A stretch of DNA of 64,000 bases from Octopus vulgaris. Lineage: Eukaryota. The translations under genes and the position numbers were made by a program. Below are positions 12,400 through 25,937 of this stretch, one piece after another (positions within the stretch are counted from its first letter, which is position 1; the number at the start of each line of letters is the position of its first letter). Location of the stretch: positions 46,624,001-46,688,000 of the forward strand of contig OX597819.1 of assembly GCA_951406725.2 (NCBI GenBank). The letters run 5' to 3'. The notes beneath the pieces are model-generated. The model was not told the DNA's origin, did no database searches, and saw only the letters and a program-made list of their open reading frames with translations.

Positions 12400-12995
12400 A
12401 CTGAGTCAGCGTAGGGAAATAATTTATGGTCGTATATATTCTGATTTCAAACCCCGCCAAGACCAACTTTATTTTTCAACCATTAGATGTTAAGATAACG
12501 TAGCAGTCAAGATAGTGGATTAACGACGTTGTTAGAGCATCAGGCTAGATCCTTTGCGGTATCTGTTGAGGTTCTCTGCGTTCTAAGATCGAATTCCGTT
12601 TTGAATCTTTTTTAAGGGCGTTAATCTTCCGTGATGGTTTGACAGAATTGTGAGAGTGCAAGACGTGATGCTCCGTCTCTCTGCGTTCCTCGATTGAATC
12701 CTGCTGATATATATTTTGCTTTAAATCCTTTTTAGGACCATTAAAAAGAGTTGTCAGAGTATCAGACGTGATGCTCCGGTTGTCTGCATCCTAAGATCGA
12801 ATCCTACTGAAGTTTATTTTGCCTTTCATATCAGAGTCGATAAGAAAATGTACTAATCCACCGCTGCGGATTAGCGGATTTGTTAGCGCATCGGACGAAA
12901 TGCCTTATGCAATTTGTTCCAACTCTCAAAGTTCAGAGATTGAATCACGCCGAGGTCAACTTTGCCTTTTAGCCTTTCAAGGTTGAATGACCGGA
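12400..12995 (+). mobile_element. Cluster of strongly decayed family-A SINE heads
   Basis: Repeated variants of GTTAGAGCATC...GTTCTAAGATCGAAT...TTTGCCTTT, occurring 4-5 times. Confidence 0.5.
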
Positions 12996-13610
12996 TTATT
13001 GGATGACTGGATATCTGGCTCTTTTGATGGTTACTTCACTGATTGAATGAATGAATGAATGAATGAGTGAATGAATGAATGAATGAATGAATGAATAGTT
13101 GGTTGGCTGGTTTGTTGGATGCCTGGGTGGCTGGCTGAACGGTTTGGCTGGAGGCCATAAGATGTTAGGGAATGATCGCGCTTTAGAACTAATTCGCCGA
13201 TGGGAAAAATAAAAACAAAAAGACAAACAGGCCAAAAAATCTGTCAATTATTTTGATAAGTAGGCAGTTTCTGACTTTGCTCGTGTCGTTGCTATTTTGT
13301 AGTGTGTTGCTTTATAGCTCTATGTCTTGGACTGGCAGCAATCTTAACTGGCTATTAAGTCCTCCAATTATAAGCTGCTGCTGCTGCTAGCTCCACCACC
13401 GCCACCACTACTACTACTACTATCACTACTACTACTGCTGCTGCTACTGTTGCTGCCCCTACTCCTGTTACCTTATATGCAAGCATGTGCAATTCCTCAC
13501 GCACACGAATACAACAAAGTTTAGCACGCAAATACATTTATACATGCAAGGCGTACGTATATACAATCGTGCAAATATGCATACATGTATACATGCTTGG
13601 ATATACCAGC

Positions 13611-13664
<54 letters not shown>

Positions 13665-13885
13665 CACACACACATATATATATATATACATATATACACA
13701 CATATATGTATATATATATTTATGTATGTATATATATACTTATATGTATGTGTATGTGTATACATATATACATGCATACTTATACATACATGCATATATA
13801 TATATATTGTTCGACTAAAGTCGGTGCTCCAGCATAGCCGCAGCCAAATGACTGAAACAAAAGAATAAAAGAATAAAAAGAAAAA

Positions 13886-13924
<39 letters not shown>

Positions 13925-14345
13925 GATAAATATATTATATACGTATATGAATATACGAGTCTGTATATACCCATACATGACCACATGCATTTACATATCA
14001 ATTCGTATGCATATACATACACACTGAAACCACACAGACATACACACAGATGCACACACATACATACATACATAAAGAGACTTACAAAATATTCAAATTA
14101 TATTCTATGCACTCATGATTGAGGGGATATAAATAAGACTATAACGTGTATACACAACTCTAATCAGACACTCGTAAGATCCATAGACAGTTAATCACAT
14201 GTGCGTATACTCTCACTCACAAAAGTATACTTCCATGAATATTCAATAATTTGCACAAACACAAATTACTCGGCTACATCAATTAATCAAAATATATGCA
14301 TCTGTAAACACTGTATACATATTACACACACACACATATATATAC

Positions 14346-14379
<34 letters not shown>

Positions 14380-14415
14380 GTGTGTGTATATACATATATA
14401 AACGTATATATATGC

Positions 14416-14479
<64 letters not shown>

Positions 14480-14933
14480 AGGTATGTATATAATCCATTC
14501 TAATGAATTTGGGTAATCATGGTTATATTATAATTAACGTAGATACAAATGCAATATATATATGTCTACATATGCATATGTGTATGTATATATATATATA
14601 TATACATATATAGGTATATATAGGGAGAGAAAGAGAGATACATACATATATATAGGGAGAGAAAGAGAGATACATACATATATATATATAGATATGGATA
14701 GATACATATATATGCATATTTACACGTTTATATCGTGCGTACATAAATATATGTATGTATATATGTGTATATGTATATGTGTGTGTGTGTATATATATAT
14801 ATAAACATGTGTGAGCATGTGTATGAACACAAATAGACGTAACGTAGATGCATGCAAGCAGGAATTACATGTGCAATAAATGAAAAATATAAACACACAC
14901 ACAGAGTCCATTTCCTCGCTCTTTTCCTCTTAC

Positions 14934-15077
14934 CTCCTGCAAATGCCTGCTTATTAATGACACATTGAACAAACAAGTCACAGAGATGAACCTGCTTGCA
15001 ATCACTTGCTCTTCTAAAAACCTCAGTCAAATCTCTTCTAAATCGTCCACAGAAATGTGGACCTAGATTCACTATGT
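14934..15077 (-). CDS. Candidate internal coding exon of an unidentified host gene (144 nt, phase 1-1)
   Basis: Acceptor tatatttcag|AC and donor GGAG|gtaaga. Only one frame is open: (x)IVNLGPHFCGRFRRDLTEVFRRASDCKQVHLCDLFVQCVINKQAFAG. Unique, non-repetitive, Cys-containing sequence; length divisible by 3. Confidence 0.5.
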
Positions 15078-15183
15078 CTGAAATATAAATATATATCAAA
15101 GATGGGATAATCGTAGCTGGACCATTTTAGAGATCTTAAATCTACTCAACGATAGCTGAATCACTGTTAATGAGCAGCATATA

Positions 15184-15397
15184 CTTTTCTACTCTAAGCA
15201 CAAGGCCCGAAACTTTTAGGGAGAAGACCAGTCGATTAGATCGACCCCAGTACGCAACTGGTACTTAACTTATCGACCCCGAAAGGATGAAAGGCAAAGT
15301 CGACCTCGGATGAATTTGAACTCAGAACGTAAAGCCAGACGAAATAACTCTAAGCATTTCGCCCGGCGTATATAATGTTTCTGCCAGCTCACCGCCA
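15184..15397 (-). mobile_element. SINE family A, near full length
   Basis: Same core as 3101-3689, with the alternative 3' tail (CACAAGGCCCGAAAC on plus). Confidence 0.85.
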
Positions 15398-15674
15398 TTA
15401 TAATGAACAGCATATAACAAACGCTTTATTTCTACGCGTGTTTTTGTCTTTTCGGAGACACTGAAGTAAATTATAATATTGGTTTTCTACATAAGCACAA
15501 AGTAAAAGATGATTGCTGAGGAAATAAGGAGCAGTTGATTAAATCGATCTATTATTTGACCGGCATTTCATTTAATCGGTCAACCTCAGTACTTGGCAGG
15601 ACGGTATTTTATCATTTTGACAGTCTATCGTGCTGAGAGAGTTTTGATCCAGAATTAAAAGTACGTTACTAAAT

Positions 15675-15875
15675 ATTGGCTCCAAATCTCGACACAAGGC
15701 TAGTAATTTCTGGGAGGAGAGGATTAAGTCGATTACATCGATCCAGTGGTCAGCTGGTACTTATTTAGTCAACCCAGAAGGATGAAAGCCAAAGTTGAAC
15801 TCAGAAGGTAGCGACCGACGAAATGCCGCCAAGCATTTTTCCCGGCGAGCTAACGCATGTGCCAACTCGCTACCA
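15675..15875 (-). mobile_element. SINE family A
   Basis: GATTAAGTCGATTACATCGA...GGATGAAAG...GACGAAATGCCG. Confidence 0.75.
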
Positions 15876-16960
15876 TAACGTAACTAAATATTACGAGATG
15901 TTCTATCGGACTTGACGGTTTTAGTTACCGGCAACCCAACTATGTAAGAGGCTGTAATGGACGTCAATATCACCATTAGAGACAACCAAAGTAGAGTTGA
16001 AAGAAAAGCTGACGCATATTCTTAAAAGGAATTCCTTGAATGCAAAGACAAAAAAACTTTTATTATAAGACATCAGTAACCGATGTTTGTTCATTCCCTC
16101 GTACACGGTCGGCTATATTACTTACCGTGACTTGCAAATTATTCATACAACGCGAGTTAGTTAAATAAACACTTTTTTTCATGTTCCCATAATTAAAGTT
16201 CAAGTAACAATTATTGTTTTAAATTAATAAGCAGTTATAATAATTTATTAATTGCCGGCGATAAAATAAATGCATCGACATTCTAAGAATTCTTTACTTA
16301 TTAATTTTATTATAAACCGAACTAAAGTTACAAAAATTTCTTATGATCTTGTATGTATTTATGTTTGTAATCATGTGTGTATGTGTGTTTGTAATCATGT
16401 ACATTTATTTATTTATAGATACATACGCATGTGAAAATATAAAACATTCAAAATGGCGGTAGAAAAAATGTGAGTGCTTAAGAATTAAATTCAAGCAATA
16501 AGAAATATAAAACGTTCTCTTTTCTTCGATTTTTTTTTTTCAACCTCATTTTGCCAGAGAAGAAAAAAAAATTCATTAATTTGTGTTCCAGTAGCAATGT
16601 CATTAGAAAACAAAATTACTGTCTCACGAATAAAACATCATTAGCAAAAACAATAATACTTATAACGACAACAACAACAATAACAACGACAATAATTAGA
16701 TTAACGACAACAGTAATATAAACGATAATGAAGGTTTCTAGAACAGGAATTTAAGAAAAAAAAAGACCTGCACAGTTAGTGAGAGAGTATAATCGATTTA
16801 ATCGAACCCCGTATTTGATTTGTCCTTGTGTTATCGATGCCGGAAGGTGGAAATGTTAAGGCGATGTGGTTGGGTTTTTTTTTTTTTTTTTTTTTTTTTT
16901 GTAAGTTTTATATATTGCATTCCATGTTTGTATTTTTAGTTTTTGCCCGACGGATTCGAT

Positions 16961-16962
<2 letters not shown>

Positions 16963-17031
<69 letters not shown>
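16963..17031. repeat. (AAT)n microsatellite
   Basis: Direct reading. Confidence 0.95.
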
Positions 17032-17034
<3 letters not shown>

Positions 17035-17175
17035 TAAAGACGAAGAGCGCGATTCGATTGTAAGATATTTTATTAGTTGAACGATATTTCAACAGTACGT
17101 CTGTCTTTGTCAAGTTCAAAATAAGAAGTAATAAAAATTCAAAATTACAGAAATATAAACGCTAAGTATGAACGA

Positions 17176-17729
17176 GATGCAGTGGCTCTCGTGGCTTCTG
17201 ATCTTAACTGATTGGAAGTGTTATCATGTACATTGTTTTGTCTTGGTATAAAAGATGGGCTACAGCAAATATTCTGCTCAATACCACGGATTTGCTTGTC
17301 AGTTGTTTGACCTTAACCAGTTGAGCATGTCCCTTAGTGGCTGACGATATGTGCATCCCTGATCACGAGCAGAAGTAGTGGGGGAGCATCATAGCCATGT
17401 GATGAGAGGGATTCTTTGGGGTTTGAATAAGTGACCTCTGGAAACATTGGTGTTTCGTTCAACATCCTTAAACGACCCTTATTCAGGGACCTTTTGAGCG
17501 TTTTGACCTTTTGACCTTTTGGGTTACTCGACCAGAAGAAAATTCTAACTGGGTCCCACCTGCAAGGTCATGTGCTGTTTATCTTGATATGAGATCACCA
17601 TGTTGCGCACATATGGTTGTGATGCATGTGCCTAGTGTACTCTTATTAGACGGTAGTTATGATGGGTATACTGGGCTTCGTATATTTTACCCCAGTGTCA
17701 CTTTGATGGCATGCACTGCTCTCTCACTC

Positions 17730-17821
<92 letters not shown>

Positions 17822-17837
17822 TGATGATGATGATAAT
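17176..17837 (+). mobile_element. Probable retroposon 3' end with long (AAT)n tail
   Basis: Complex, more GC-rich segment ending CTCTCTCACTC and running directly into (AAT)n at 17730-17819, a tail architecture typical of non-LTR retroposons. Family not identified. Confidence 0.5.
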
Positions 17838-17990
17838 GCTTTCTACTATAGGAACAGGGCCTGAAATTTGAGAGGAAGAGACTGGTCGATTAAATCGACT
17901 TCTATTTTACACTGGTACTTAATTTATCGACGCCGAAAAGATGAAAGGCAAGGTCGTTCGGGACTGAATTTGAATTGAAGGCGTAAAGAT
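17838..17990 (-). mobile_element. SINE family A fragment
   Basis: CTGGTACTTAATTTATCGAC...GATGAAAGGCAAGGTCG. Confidence 0.7.
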
Positions 17991-18002
17991 GTAAGACTGG
18001 CT

Positions 18003-18007
18003 CGCTG

Positions 18008-18064
<57 letters not shown>

Positions 18065-18108
18065 TTACTACTACTACTCCTACTACTACTACTACTACTA
18101 CTACTATT
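18003..18108. repeat. (CTA)n microsatellite
   Basis: Direct reading. Confidence 0.95.
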
Positions 18109-18202
18109 AAATTCCATCCATTCACAAGACCTTTTATAAAGATGTTAGAAGACTTCGCTTCTTGAGTTAGGCTCTGTCGGACAGTTATCACATGAAATCG
18201 TT

Positions 18203-18510
18203 TCCATACGGTGATCAAAGCCTTGTGAATGGGTTTGGTAGACGGAAACTGAAAGAAGCTCCTCATGTATGTGTGTGTTTGTCTATGTGTGTGTGCGTGT
18301 GTGAGTGTATGTGTGTGTATTTGCCCATCACCACTTAATGACAACCAGTGTTGGTGTGTTTACGCCCCTGTAACATAGCAGTTCGGCAAAAGAGCTCGAT
18401 AGAATATGTAACAGGCTTTAAAAAAGGGAATCATATGTACTGGGCTTGATTCGTTCAATTAAAATTCTTCAAAGCATGACCACAATCTAATGGCTGAAAC
18501 GATTAAAAGA
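18203..18510 (+). mobile_element. SINE family B, 5'-truncated
   Basis: CCTTGTGAATGGGTTTGGTAGACGGAAACTGAAAG, internal (TG)n, GTTCGGCAAAAGAG and a GCTGAAAC tail. Confidence 0.75.
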
Positions 18511-18527
18511 TAAATTAAGTATAGCCT

Positions 18528-18856
18528 GTGAAGGCGTATGGCTCAGTGGTTAGAGCGTCGAGCTTACGATCGTGAGGTTGTGAGTTCGAATCCCAGACCG
18601 GGCTGCGTGTTGCGTTCTTGAGCAAGACACTTTATTTCACAAGTTCCCTCACCTGTAGAAATGAGTTGCGACGTCACAGGTGCCAAGCTGTATCGGCCTT
18701 TACCTTTCCCTTGGATAACACTGGTAGCATAGAGAGGGGAGGCTGGTATGCATGGGCGACTGTTGGTCTTCCATAAACAACCCTGCCCGGACTTATGCCT
18801 GGGAAGGTAACTCTCTAGGTGCAATCCCATGGTCAGTCATAACCGAAGGAGGTCTC
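18528..18856 (+). mobile_element. tRNA-derived SINE family C, full length
   Basis: Clear Pol III boxes, TGGCTCAGTGG (A) and GAGTTCGAATCC (B), followed by a non-tRNA body. Confidence 0.85.
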
Positions 18857-18919
18857 AGCAAGTATAGCCTATCCTGATAAAGATGAGAACAATACAAAAA
18901 TGTAAACCCTGAACTACCT

Positions 18920-19430
18920 ATTACTTTAGTCAGGAAGGAACCCCTTGGGTTGGTGTTGCTTTCACATGTGTAGCAACTGGACATTCTAGCATGCGTCACC
19001 ATTTTGATTAACTTCTTTGCTCCAAAATGTGGTAAAGATCAAGAATAGACTACATGTGGCCTTTGCGGACAATCAAAACCTGCATAATAATGCAAACCCC
19101 GCCCAACTACATATTGAGAGTTATATCCATACGTATCATGTTCCCATATTGTGACGACGTCTGTGCCAACGTCTCTTGTCGTAACCTGTGTGTTTCGGCT
19201 CCTCATTCCTCTTCGACTATAAGAACCAAAGATATACTGCCATACGTCTTGCCCTTGTTTAAACGTCAGATATATAATGTCATAAGTCTTGCCCCGGTCA
19301 GTGAGGCACAAATTGTATTACACGTGGTTTTAAACACCACGGACATACTACTACCATACGCTTTAACCCTGTAAATAAATCATACGTCGTAACACAAATC
19401 GGCCAACATATCTTCCAAGTACGTCTTCGA
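18920..19430 (-). mobile_element. Possible highly decayed Ty3/gypsy RNaseH-integrase region
   Basis: Fragments YDII..FKQG, RLRQETLA, ILD..HFGAKK and SCYTCE occur in the order expected for the integrase zinc-finger region. Very degenerate. Confidence 0.3.
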
Positions 19431-20299
19431 GGGCAAAGAGAAGCACCCTTCGTTTTTTAAAACATAGAAATACGTCTTTTTTTTTTTGCCTTTCCTCCCT
19501 GAAATACAAGAACAAAAGAAACTCTGTTTTTGTGAAGTACTTATGTATTTTCATACTTTTTTTTATCGAAGATGACGCTTCTCCAGTGCCTCTCTCTTGT
19601 AACGATAGGAAATCTACTGATTTTAAAATCTGCACTGAAAATGTTTTCTGCTAGTTTAATTGCCATAATTGTTTTCTGTTTGTACGCACATACTCACGCA
19701 CACATATTTATATGTATGTGTGTTTGCTTGGTTGTTATGAAACTTTTCTCTGGGGACGCATCTGTCGCTACCACGTCCACGACGAGCGCCTTTTTCCGCT
19801 TCCCTCATCAGAAGTCCTATAGAATCACACGTAAACAAAACTTTGCAAAAATACAAAAAGGTATTAAATATGAAAAACAAGTTATATTTTCGCTCTAAAA
19901 TCATGCGATGAAACCTCAGAAATTTAGAAGCCCCCTTGTTTAAAAACAATCAAAAACAATAATTTTTTTCTTCCATCATATAAAATTTGTTTCAAGCCAA
20001 TTCTTCACGAAGCCCTGATACAAACATCCGTTCAAAGCAAATATTAATGATTATCAATTCTTTTTCAACAATAGCAATTTTTAATAATAATGATAATAAT
20101 AATAATAATAATAATAATTTTTCGAATTTCGGTTTAATATGAGCAGTGTTGATCGATACCATCGATCCCAGTACTTGACCGGTACTTTATTTTATCGACC
20201 CCGAAGGCAGGATGTGTGAGTGTGTGTGTGTTTGTGTGCCTCTGTGTGTGTGTGTGTCTGTGTGTGTGTGTGTGTGCGTGTGTGTGTGTGTACGTGAAT

Positions 20300-20610
20300 G
20301 TAATTTATGCACGTCCACAAATTAGCACGCAGATCGCTCCAATTTTATGACATTTGTTATGACCCTAGCTGTATTTTCGTCAACATATTTTTCCCAGAGG
20401 CACCAGCGAATAGCAGTAAAAATAAATTTTCGACCAAAACTTTTAACAATTTTCAAATCGGAGAAATCACCATTGTTTGCAAAGTCCCCTTCTAGCGGCG
20501 AGTTAGTTTTTGTTAAAACTTTTGTTGTTCTTTTCCATCGAGGAAAAAATGTGTTTTGTTGATGTACAGGCAACACACACACACACACACAAACATACAC
20601 ACACACACAA

Positions 20611-20670
<60 letters not shown>

Positions 20671-20783
20671 ATGGATTTCGCCCAAATTTGACGTCGACGT
20701 TACTTAGTTTGGTTTGAAATAAAGCACTTGATTAGCTTAATAATCTTAACTTAATCCCGGGAAAAACCAGGTTATACTGCTAG
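20300..20783 (+). mobile_element. Non-autonomous Helitron-like element (3' end)
   Basis: Imperfect terminal hairpin CCCGGGAAAAACCAGG followed by TACTGCTAG|T. The 5' boundary is uncertain. Confidence 0.45.
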
Positions 20784-21205
20784 TAACTGATATTTCATTG
20801 AGCTATCAGCTGTTAGGATCTGCTGGCGATTTCTTTCCAGTTTCTTTTTATCTCCCTAGGAACATGGGACTGAACTGGAGCCATAATCATCTTAACCTGA
20901 CCCTCAGTCTAGAGACAGAAGCTATTGTCCTTCATTCATTTGCTTCTCTATTTAACAGCCCACCAACGTATTGCTGTTAATACTGCTTTGCCTTACTGAT
21001 GATGATTGTCGTTACTTGCATTCGTCCGGTATAGAGCTGAATGCCTAGATGTTTTATCGTTCGGTAACAATCATGGTTACACGATCTGTATATTCACTAC
21101 TGACATTCCTCTTCTGTGTCCCAATTCGAGCTGGTCGCTCCTCTCTATATCTAACTCTGCCAGCAGTAACTTGAGTTCCAAAACTTACAAGATTCATTAA
21201 ACAGA

Positions 21206-22015
<810 letters not shown>

Positions 22016-23199
22016 AAAGAGTTACTGAGAACGTCGGAAATACTGATAGAGAAAGAGAGGAATGACAGGTAAACAAATAAAGAGAACAGGAAGAGATGAG
22101 AAGGAGACAGACGGGGGAATAAGTCTGAATGACATAACGGTTGAGAGGCAAAAACGTGAGAAACAGAGTGAACGGAGATAAAGAGTTGTGAGAGAAATAA
22201 GAGAAATTCATAGAGGAATGGCTTAAAATCATAAAGTCATAGGCAAATATTTGTGTTGTGTGATAAAGAGATGGGGTGGAGGAGAGAATGTGAGAGAGGT
22301 GGCAGAAGAGAGAGAGAGAGGAGGAGGAAGAGGAATTGACCGAGGAAGAATACGAAGTTATAAACTGATGAAAGAGAACCAGGTAGGGAAATTATTTCTT
22401 TGCATATCATAGTTTCTCCAAGAGAATTTTTGCCATATTTAGACAGACGTTTCATCTGATGAAGAAATGCCAAAAGGAATCTGATTGTTTCTTTCTTAAA
22501 TATTTATTTATGATTTTTTCTTTCTTTCTGTTTCCAATTCAGTACAAAGAGCGTTTTCATCGTCCTTGTCGCTATTATTGTTGTTGTTGTTGTTGTTGTT
22601 GTTGCTGTTGCCGTTGTTATTACTACTTCTATTTGTTTTGTTTGAATTATTTTTGTTTTAATTAGAGAAATGACTTTTCAATAAATAAATAAATAACGAA
22701 ACAAAAAAGAAAAAATTATAAGTTAACACATACACACAAAAAAGAATTTAAATAATAGAAATGGTAATAAAATTAGCATTCAGAAATTAACAATTCTTTT
22801 AAATTTGTCAAAAATTTTGCTTTGATTAATAACGTCGAAGCTGTTTCAGGATAGAAACGCCACAAATAACATTTTTAATATGTTTATACACACAAACCAT
22901 CTTTTAAAACGAGCAAATAAAAGTACATTTTTTTCCTTTTCATCATTTAGCTACTTAATTAACAAAACGTTTGATAGGAGAGTTCGTTTTTCGTTTTTCG
23001 CTACGAGTTTTTCCTTCTCATTTAATTTTCATTTCAGCTTTCGGCTTTTTCTTTTCTTTTTTTTTTAACAGTACAGTCAAGGTACTAACAAACAAAAATA
23101 AAGGAAAGGAAGCAACAGGGGGAAAAGATTTGTGATCAATTATCTTGTAATAATGATAACAATAACGACGACGATGATTATTTCAAATATAATAATAAC

Positions 23200-23400
23200 G
23201 ATCAAAAAATCATGCGGTCAAATACATTACCAAAATTCCAGAACTTACCAATTATGTATAACATACAGAAAATAGCACTACTATGCACCGCATACAAAAT
23301 ACAGTAAATATAGTACAAATAAAACACCGCACATACCGAAGGCATACAGAACTGCGTTCAGTGCAGTAAAAACAATGAAATTAAGACAAATAATGATAAT
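23200..23400 (+). mobile_element. R4/Dong-like LINE 3' fragment
   Basis: Encodes IQKIALLCTAY, the same C-terminal motif as at 25610-25674, and ends in (TAA)-like repeats. Confidence 0.55.
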
Positions 23401-23404
23401 AATC

Positions 23405-23610
23405 CTAGTTTCAAATTTTGCCACAAGAGCAGCCATTTTGAGGGAGAGGATGTGCAGTGTCGATTACATAGACCCAGTGTTAATTATCGGTCCCGTAAGG
23501 ATGAAAGGCAAAGTCAACCTCGGCGTAATTTGAACTCCGAACGCAGCGACGGGTGAAATACCGCTAAGCATTTCGTCCAGCATGCTAACGATTCTGCCAG
23601 CTCGCCCCCT
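23405..23610 (-). mobile_element. SINE family A
   Basis: GATGAAAGGCAAAGTCAACCTCGGCG...TTCTGCCAGCTCGCC. Confidence 0.85.
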
Positions 23611-23699
23611 CAAAAATGGTAATAATAATAATGATAATAATAATGATGATGATGATGATGATGATATGTTAAGGATGAGGAACAGGAACGTCATACAAT

Positions 23700-25750
23700 G
23701 AACCCTGATAGTGTGGTGGGTGGACATGCAGGGGAAATGAACCAACTAGATAATGAATTCCTTGAAATTCAAAGACGACTCAGCAACTTGATGAATACTC
23801 CAGAAGAAAAATCCCCATGAATATGAGAAGGGTAGAAAGGAGTATGATAAATAAAGTAACACAAAAGATAAAAACTGTCATATCATACATCCAGACGGAG
23901 GACATAACACAAACAAGGAGCCTTCTCCGAACTATTGCGCTACTTGTTGAGGAGAAATTAAAAACTTAAGAGATCAAAAGATGGTAGAGCAAAAAGAATC
24001 ATGGTGGAAACGATGCATTGAAAGGGACATGATGCGGGCAAGGCAAGATCTAGGAAAATTGAGCAATGGTTAAGAGGAAACTGGAAGAATAGGGAAAAGA
24101 CCAACCGAGAAATATAAGAGAAGAAATATAAAATACGGAAGAACGAGTTTGATGCAGTAATAAATAGAGCAGTTAAAACAGAGTATCATGGCAAAAAGCC
24201 AGAAGATCACAAGATTTGTGAACAGAAATAAGCAGTTCGAGGAGAACATATCGTTCAAGAATAACTCGAAGCAATTTTTCCGAACGTTAGGAGACGTTAG
24301 GAGACAAAGTTAAGATGGGTTACAGATGTGGGAAGATAGGCCCATCATTGAATCATCTTCTGTTTATGGATGACCTGAAATTGTTTGAGAAATCTGAAAA
24401 GCAGATAGATTCCTTAACCGAAACAGTCCAGAAGTGTGGTAGCGACATCGGTATGGAATTTGGGATCACCAAGTGCTCAGTAAACAGCCTGCAGGAGACT
24501 GCGGTTACTATCGAGAGAGACGATGGGTTAACCGGACGGTAGTGAGTAAAGACAATTAGGGATTTTGGAGCTGGATGCCATTCTACAGAGAGAAATGAAA
24601 GTCAAGTTCAGCGAGTCTAATCTGAATGCCAAACATTTGATTACCGCAATTAATATCTGGGCATTAATTAAGGAGGAAATATCAACACTGCATAGAAGGA
24701 CGAGAAAGCGCTACACCCTAAAGCAAACGTAAACGGACTGTATATGAAAACAAAGAATGGTGACAGAGAACTAACTAATATAAACCATTGTATAAGGAGT
24801 GAAAGGAAGACCAGCTGCAACATGCTGCGGAAGATGTGGGGGTAAATGCAGATGAAATGATGGGCAAGGAAGAGTTTAGCCAAAGAGCTGAGGAGAAGAG
24901 AAAAGACCTTCTTGAAATGAGAATGCATGGACAGTCTGAAAGGAATACACAAGGATAATACAGCATTGTGGACATGGCTTGAACGAGGTAATTTGAAACG
25001 TACCACCAAAATCCTGATTATTGCGGGACAAGACCAAGCTCTCGCTACCAATTCAGTGAAGTATAACATCTAAAAAACTTCTGACACGCAGAACGGCAGA
25101 CACTGGAAAGAGTGTGGAAAATGCGAACAACTTGGTAAGTGGATATGAGAGCCTTGCACAAAAAAGATACAAGCGCCGCCACGATAAAGTATGTGTGCAT
25201 CTTCGTTGGCTCTTATGCCGTAAATACCAATATGAATTAACAGAGAACTAGTATGAACATGTATCAAGCAAAATTATGTAGGAGGATGGAAAAGTAACGA
25301 TGCTCTGGGACAATGATTTTCAGACGGATCGTGTAATCGAACACCGTCGGCCGGATATTGTCACATTGAATAATAGAGACAAACACTGTCAGATCATTGA
25401 TGTAGCCATACCAAATGACATGAATGTTGTGAGTAAAGAGGTTAAAAAAAAATCCATCATGTACTCCGAATTGAAAGTGGAAATAGCAAGAATGTATGGA
25501 ATGCGAGAGGGTAATGTAAAAGTGATACCAATAGTGATCGGAGCTTTGGGCTCAAATCCCATTGAACTTCAAGACTTCTGAAGGCAACTGGAAATCCCAT
25601 GCAAGATTGATGTCTTGCAAAAAGCAGCCTTATTAGGCACAGCGCACATCTTAAGGAAAGTATTATCTGTCTGAGGTCCTTGTTGTGACTTGACAGATGA
25701 CTAAAGACTCAGGGGCATTTTTACCTACACTGTGTTACGAAGGAATAATA
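23700..25750 (+). mobile_element. Decayed R4/Dong-clade non-LTR retrotransposon (RT plus restriction-like endonuclease)
   Basis: KESWWKRCIERD; RT motif LNHLLFMDDLKLF...DIGMEFGITKC; YKRRHDK; RLE motif LWDNDFQTDRVIEHRRPDIV...IDVAIP; VIPIVIGALG; LQKAALLGTAHILRKVLSV* (stop 25672-74). Large internal RT deletion near 24300. AAT repeats on both flanks. Confidence 0.9.
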
Positions 25751-25937
25751 ACGATATGGTGATGATGATTTCATTTATTTGCCACAAGGGGGAAGTATGA
25801 GGGGGGGGACAATACAGAGACAGACATAAAGTGTGGAGATTTACATATAATAATGAAATGATTTTTTAAAAAGTATACACGGTATACACTGGAAAAGAAG
25901 GGGCATATGCATAGCATACAAAGGTTAAAAAAAACAT

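Noticed and set aside
16450-16477. AAAATGGCGG (YY1-like) with ATG and a GTGAGT donor
   Set aside because: Too short to distinguish from chance.
18528-18600. tRNA-like sequence with A and B boxes (also 33455-33527)
   Set aside because: No proper acceptor stem, and it continues into a SINE body. These are SINE heads, not tRNA genes.
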